DNA from: the human T2T-CHM13v2.0 reference genome, Homo sapiens
Reading direction: 5' to 3' (one strand)
Assembly (NCBI RefSeq): GCF_009914755.1
Contig: NC_060929.1
DNA: 64,000 nt
Within the stretch, counting starts at the first letter, position 1. Each line of letters begins with the position of its first letter. The notes below the pieces were generated by a model that saw only the letters and a list, made by a program, of their open reading frames with translations, searched no databases and had not been told where the DNA came from. The position numbers and the translations under genes were made by a program. Shown piece by piece: positions 54,520 through 64,000 of this stretch.

Positions 54520-55649
54520 TTATCTCTTACTTACAAAGCATTGGCTCTATGACCTCCCTGCAGATATTCTTGTATTAAACAGTGCCATCATTGACACTGA
54601 TTTTACATTTGATGGGTAGAGGACATTTGTGGTTTGAGAAAAAGAACTCCCTAGATTACTCTAATGTACTCTTACGTACCTTAAGGCTTTACCTACTCTT
54701 GACACTGTTAAAAAGAATGGTGAGCGTGTGCCAGCCTTTTCCATTTCGGATCCAGGAGAGAAATCTCCATACGTAAGTGGAATGGAATTTAGAAGGAAGG
54801 TGGGTTTCCTCTGAGTGTTGGCAACTCAGCTGAAAGGAAAGGAGAGGATATAGAAACGAGTTATGAGATTGTTTCTTCCTAAACTGTATTTCATTATAAA
54901 CCTATCTTTAAGTGCCATTTGGTTCAAACTACAATACTCTGTGTCTTTAAATTTGAAAGGTTAGAAGTAATAATACTAGGGAGAGAAGAATTGGTTTTAT
55001 CTCCTAATGAGTACTTTCACCTTCCATAAGGTTTTTGAACATGTTTAGGAGCTGACTTTATCTTTGGAATTATTTAAGCACTTAGGTATCATCTGACTTA
55101 TTTTAAAACAGAGATTGGTGAAATTGACTTATGTAGGCATTTTTATTTCTTGCTGTGTATTAGTAGAATACGAAAGGTCTTTCATTTTAGTTTATGTTAA
55201 GTAGATACTTAAGTATTCTAATTGTGAGGGACCACTGCAGTTTTCAGTATAGAAACAGCTTTTATTTAGTTGCTTTACTACAGATGAAGGAGCTTCAAAC
55301 ATAACTGCAGTGTATTTTCAAATGACATGATGTCTAGGATTTGATAAAAAAGCAATTAGGAATGTGAAGGTGGTTGTGGGTAGAAGTATGGATGAAACAA
55401 GATTGACCATGTATTAATGACTGCTGAAGCTAGTTAATGGATACATTTAGTTCATTATATTTTTCTATTTTTATATATGTATGTGAAATTTTCTATTTTA
55501 AAAAGTCTGTAATATTAACTAGATAAAACAGCTATGAGCTTGAAATAAGTTAGCTAAAAATGAGTTCGTTTTTGTCCCTCCTGCCTTCACACCCACCTCC
55601 ACCCCACTTTTTGATATGTATTAGTGAAGGTGGTGGAAAGTATGATTGA

Positions 55650-56126
<477 letters not shown>

Positions 56127-56357
56127 TCACCCAAATTGCCTAATCTTAGTTTACATGAGAAAAAGATTTAAAACACTTCTAGGAACATATTTTGTAAGTG
56201 AAATAATTTTTTGGAGTTTCTGAAAATCATCTCTAAGAATTGGCAACAGACTCTTCATCACTTACTAACCTTCACAGAAAATTCTTGGTATATGTATAGT
56301 AGTGCAAGTACTCTGACTCTACATTATCAGTTGATGTAGGACTCTGTTCCTCTAGAC

Positions 56358-56545
56358 CAGAGTTTTCCAACCTCAGCACTTGACATTTTGGACTGGATAA
56401 TTCTTTGTTGTTGGGCTATTTTGTCTGTGCACTACAGGATGTTAATCAGCACACCTGACCTCTACCCACTGGATACCAGCAGCAGCCACATACCCTGCTG
56501 TAGCAACCAAAAATGTCTCTAGACCATGCCACGTGTTGGGGTCAG
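56358..56545 (-). mobile_element. MER20-like hAT element
   Basis: caacctcagcacttgacattttggactggataattctttgttg...caaccaaaaatgtctctagac. Confidence 0.7.
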
Positions 56546-58070
56546 GGAGTGCCTGACTGAGCTCCTTGAGGGAAAGGACCATGTGTTATTTTTGTATTTC
56601 TTAGCATCTACTAATAATATATACAATATTTAAATATTTTAATTAAAAGATTACTGATTATAAAAATAGACTAGCAGCTTTGGCTTTTAAAATTTTTATT
56701 AACCTTAACAATACATGTTGGGAATCTTATCAAGGAAGTCTATTTGGAAGGGACCACATCTGAATGACTGTGGGGTAATTCATCAGATGAAGTAAAGATG
56801 TTTCTCTTGTTTAGAGAGTATACAGTTTGTTTGTAATTTTATTATTTCAATGAATATTCTCTTGTGTATGTTTGTACAATTACAGGAAGATTTCTATAGG
56901 ATTAATTTGTGTATTTGGCATTATTGGGTCAAAGTGTGTTTAAACATTTTTAAGATTTTAATAGGTGTTGCCAAGCACACTGATTTCATTCCCGTATTTG
57001 TTATAAATACTGAGAAATATTAAGTTATGCTTGGTTTCTTTTAGACAGATCCAGATCTTGCTCATTCCCTTATTTCTTTTATATTTTAACTTTAGGAAAG
57101 ACTAATTTGCAGGAACGATCAGATCTTGCTGCTTTTGGATCTTAATGGAAGGCTATTTTATTGTAAGGGCTATATCTTGAAAATGCTATCAGTACATTAA
57201 TTCTTACTATACAATTTAATTTTTTTGTGTGTGGAGAATAAATTTGCCGGGAGCTTTACTTTCTAGATTCTTTTTTAGTTCTTTATCATTGAGAGCAACC
57301 TTCTCAGAACTAAAGGTAGAAAATTTATACACATGGTGATATTTGCTGTTCAGTGATAGTCATTGAGTGTTTACTAGATGCCAGGCATTTTCTATATATC
57401 CAATTGAATTTTCAAAATAACCCTATGAAGAGTTTTCTTTTTTCATTTTTGTACACTCATATTTTGCAGCTTAGAATGCATATAATTTGCCTATTGTCAG
57501 AGCTTATACTCTTCTGGCACTAAAAGATCCATAATCACTAAGCATATTATATCACTAATATGTTTACTAAGGCAGAAAAAAATATTAACACGAAACCTTT
57601 CTGTTGTCCTTGTGTTTGTGTTAACACAAAACTTTCCTTACATTTGTGTGTATTTGCATAATTCATTGACTATCACAACTCTACTGCATAACACAGTTGA
57701 GATAATCCATTCAGTCAGAACAACATGATCAGTGAGCATGGGCCACCCAGCCTCGAAGATCGCCTTTCTGGCGACTCATTCTTGATCCAGTAAGTGGGAA
57801 CTGTTGTAGGAGTATGTAGCCTGCCTACATGAGGGAGAGTGTTGTAAGCAGTGAAACATACAGGATTATTCTCAAGTGATACTCATCTGCTTAAGTTTTT
57901 CCTACCATGGTCCTTGGCTCTGGTTCCAGGTTAAGTCAGGGAGCTATTTTTAGCTTCTTAATGTGTCTTTTATTTGAACCTAACAGACTCATAAGTTTAT
58001 CACCCAGTGTTAAGTGCTGCTAACGTTTTGGCATATTTTCTTTCTACTCTTTTGTATGGATAAATTAGAA

Positions 58071-58858
<788 letters not shown>

Positions 58859-58963
58859 AAATGTTATTATTTACATAAAATGTGTTTGTGCACACAGTTG
58901 CTCACATGGCAATGCCTGACATAATGCTGTTGGATTTCCTAAAGAAGTGTGTTTTTGTTCAAG

Positions 58964-59070
58964 GTATTTTGATCACAACTATAGCCTCCAAGGGAGAATT
59001 GCAGAATTGGCCTGACCTCTTACCAAAACTCTGTAGCCTGTTGGATTCTGAAGATTATAATACCTGTGAG
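58964..59070 (+). CDS. TNPO1: Transportin-1 coding exon 5 ([36 protein letters not shown])
   Basis: Acceptor gtttttgttcaag; 107 nt; donor GTAAGG at 59071. Confidence 0.97.
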
Positions 59071-59460
59071 GTAAGGATATTTGTTTCATACATAATTGGG
59101 TGTTTTCTGTTTTTCTTGTCATGTTGTGTATTAGCAGCTTTTGGGAAAAATAGTTCCTCTGAAACATACAGCTTCTCAAAACTTAGAAACCTAAAGTTAC
59201 CTTTGTGTTATATTACATTTGTAAATCATTTATTTTTCTATAAAAACTGTTACATTATAAACCTCTTTTACTGTATTTCACACAAGGACGTATCTTGCTT
59301 TTCTGTTCTAAAATTATTCTTGGATGTATATGTATGTAATATACAGTTTTTGTCAAGCCTAATCAGTTAAAGATAGAATGAAATTTACCAAATTCCTGGA
59401 CCATGAGTACTTTTTTAGCTTCTCTAAATTGTTTTTATGCCTCTTATATGAGATATCTAA

Positions 59461-60117
<657 letters not shown>

Positions 60118-60145
60118 TAATCATACATTAACTCTGACCTGTGGG

Positions 60146-60149
<4 letters not shown>

Positions 60150-60183
<34 letters not shown>
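60150..60183. repeat. (TG)n microsatellite
   Basis: About 17 uninterrupted TG units. Confidence 0.97.
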
Positions 60184-60184
<1 letters not shown>

Positions 60185-60496
60185 TTTTTTTTGTTGTTTT
60201 TTTGGGGTTTTTTTGCCACTGATTAGATCACTAGCATCCTTTTTGTTTGGGGAGAGAGGATGATTTCTCATGGTTAGTGGATACAGTAAGTATCTCTTTA
60301 ATTAGCAGGCTTCCAATTTGGGTAGAAATCTATTTTTTGTGGAAACCATATTTGGTGTTTTGACTCTGTAAAGCATCGACTCCTATACCTCTCAAAGAGC
60401 GGAGGTTGAAGGCAGGGCAGGCACAGGAATAACCTGTCAACAACAAAAAAACCCCACAGGAATAACCTAACCTAAAAGGGAAAAAAGAAACTATCC

Positions 60497-60937
<441 letters not shown>

Positions 60938-61721
60938 TTACAGATTACAGAAAAGCTAAATAATAAGTCATCATGTGACAGTTGATTGCATTTAAATAGT
61001 GCTTTGGTGTGATGGTAATAACATAAAAGAAGATCAAAATTTTAAGCAAGTGCTTTCCAAGAATAAAAAATTTAAGCTGCAGTAATTGTGAAATTGTTGA
61101 GCTAGTGTACTACATAGAAGTCATACTGTAAATAAACAATATTCCCATCCATCTGAACTAAAGATAGTGGTTTTCCAGATGTTGGTATGGAGTGATAGCT
61201 AAATGTTTGTTCTTATTTGAAATTTTTAATTGCCACATGGGTAACAAGTTCACATTTAATTTGATGTAATAGGCTTTCAGAAGTAAAGCTTTTTTAAAAA
61301 AAAAACCTTAACAATTGAATATGACTATTTTAGCATGTTAATTAAAATTCCTGATATTTAATGCATATTAAATTGAAGTCTGAAATTTAATATATTGATT
61401 AAATTTTAGACTTAAAAATATTTTCAGATTTAATATTTTTAAGATATTATAAAATCTAAAAGGATGTTGGGTAGTTTCCTTAAAGGATTTTACCTTCTGT
61501 TGGACACTTTAAAACTGTACTATGGAGAATAAGCATCAAGTTGCCGCTGATGGAATTATATAGTATAAACAGTAAAGTAGGTGGGTGGGTAACTAGTAGG
61601 TTACATGTTATGTACAAAGTCTCTGGATTATCCCCTTTAGTATTAAAATGATTATAGGAAAATGGTTGCCAATTTGCACTGCCTGCCCTTGCAACAGATT
61701 TTGTCACCAGTTACCCAGTGA

Positions 61722-62065
<344 letters not shown>

Positions 62066-62303
62066 TAAGTAACTTTTTAATGGTATTAATGACCTCTCTG
62101 TGCTTCAAAAAGAAAAGTATTACAGTGGTTAACTACTCTTCTATGTAAATGTAGAGTTTTATATTTAATTTAAACAAACTGATATTTAATTCCTGCCAAC
62201 CAAAATATCCTCCACTTCTAAGTCATTTAATGCTAAAACTAAAATATACCCTTGTATTTTAACTGAGATTTTTACATACTCGATGATATAATAATTTGTT
62301 TTA

Positions 62304-62678
<375 letters not shown>

Positions 62679-62756
62679 TTAATCAGCATTCTTCAGTTTG
62701 TTTTCAAATGGCTTCATTTTTAACAAATTCTGATAATTTAAATGTGTCTCTTACAG

Positions 62757-62890
62757 GGAGCATTTGGTGCCCTTCAGAAGATTTGTGAAGATTCTGCTGA
62801 GATTTTAGACAGTGATGTTTTAGATCGTCCTCTCAACATCATGATTCCCAAATTTTTACAGTTCTTCAAGCATAGTAGTCCAAAAATAAG
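62757..62890 (+). CDS. TNPO1: Transportin-1 coding exon 6 ([45 protein letters not shown]); gene continues beyond the window
   Basis: Acceptor tctcttacag; 134 nt; donor GTACTT at 62891; read by hand. Confidence 0.96.
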
Positions 62891-63194
62891 GTACTTATAT
62901 TGCCAGTACTAATTGATTAACTGTGATATAAACCTGACCATTATCTTAGTTTTCATTACCTAATATTTTTGACATTAGCAAAAGATCAAAAGATATTGGA
63001 TGTTCCAGAGAGGTGAACTTATGTAATTGAAATTGACTACTTCAGTAACAAAACCTGTGAAATGTTGACTCTTTGTGAGGAAATTTTTGTTAAACATGAT
63101 AAAAGTTTTGTGCCTTTTACAGTGGTTAATTATATTCATGATAGTTAACAGGCATCTTCTAACTTCCTTTATTTAAGGCCAGGATTAGTTGTGG

Positions 63195-63470
63195 GTTTTT
63201 TGTTTTTGTTTTTGTTTTTTTAGCTTTGATTTTAGAATCGGGATACATGTGCAGGTTTGTTACAAAGGCGTATTGCGTGGATGCTGGGGGTTTAGAGTAC
63301 AAATGAATCCATCACCTAGGTGGTAACCATAGTACCCATTAGCTAGTTTGGCCCTCTCCCTCCCTCTTCTTATATTCCCCAGTGGCTGTTGTTCCCATCT
63401 TTATGTCGAGGTGTACCATATGTTTAGCTCCCACTTATAAGTGAGAACATGCAGGTATTTGGTTTTCCAT
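63195..63470 (-). mobile_element. 5'-truncated L1PA/L1PB 3'UTR fragment
   Basis: gatacatgtgcaggtttgttaca...tttagctcccacttataagtgagaacatgc. Confidence 0.85.
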
Positions 63471-63619
63471 TATTACAACATTATAATAATGTTGTTATTT
63501 CTGGCATAGTTAACTGGATAGGAGTTCACGTTTCCAGGAAGTTTCCCCCTTTTAACATTTTAACTAAGATAATGAAAATGTGGCAATATACATACTTTAC
63601 TTTTTGTGACTGATTCTCA

Positions 63620-63935
<316 letters not shown>

Positions 63936-64000
63936 TTCAAAAATCATATTTCTGGTAATCGATACACCATTGCTGGATATTAAATATTAATAAATATTTT

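Overview
Primate (human-like) genomic DNA containing the 5' part of TNPO1 (transportin-1/karyopherin-beta2) on the + strand. A first CpG-island promoter (~13.5-14.4 kb) carries a 15-nt coding exon (MVWDR). A 31.6-kb intron 1 leads to a second CpG island (~45.2-46.2 kb) overlapping exon 2, followed by exons 3-6. Intron 2 is a U12-type (minor spliceosome) GT-AG intron. The rest is dominated by L1, L2, Alu, MIR, MaLR and DNA-transposon remnants. The most unusual feature is a full-length L1PA-type element on the - strand (~330-6645) whose central ORF2 shows dense, strand-specific A-to-G changes. This looks like ADAR hyper-editing of an L1 RNA that was then reverse-transcribed into the germline. 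Repeat boundaries, subfamily names and consensus comparisons are by eye from recalled consensus sequences and are approximate.
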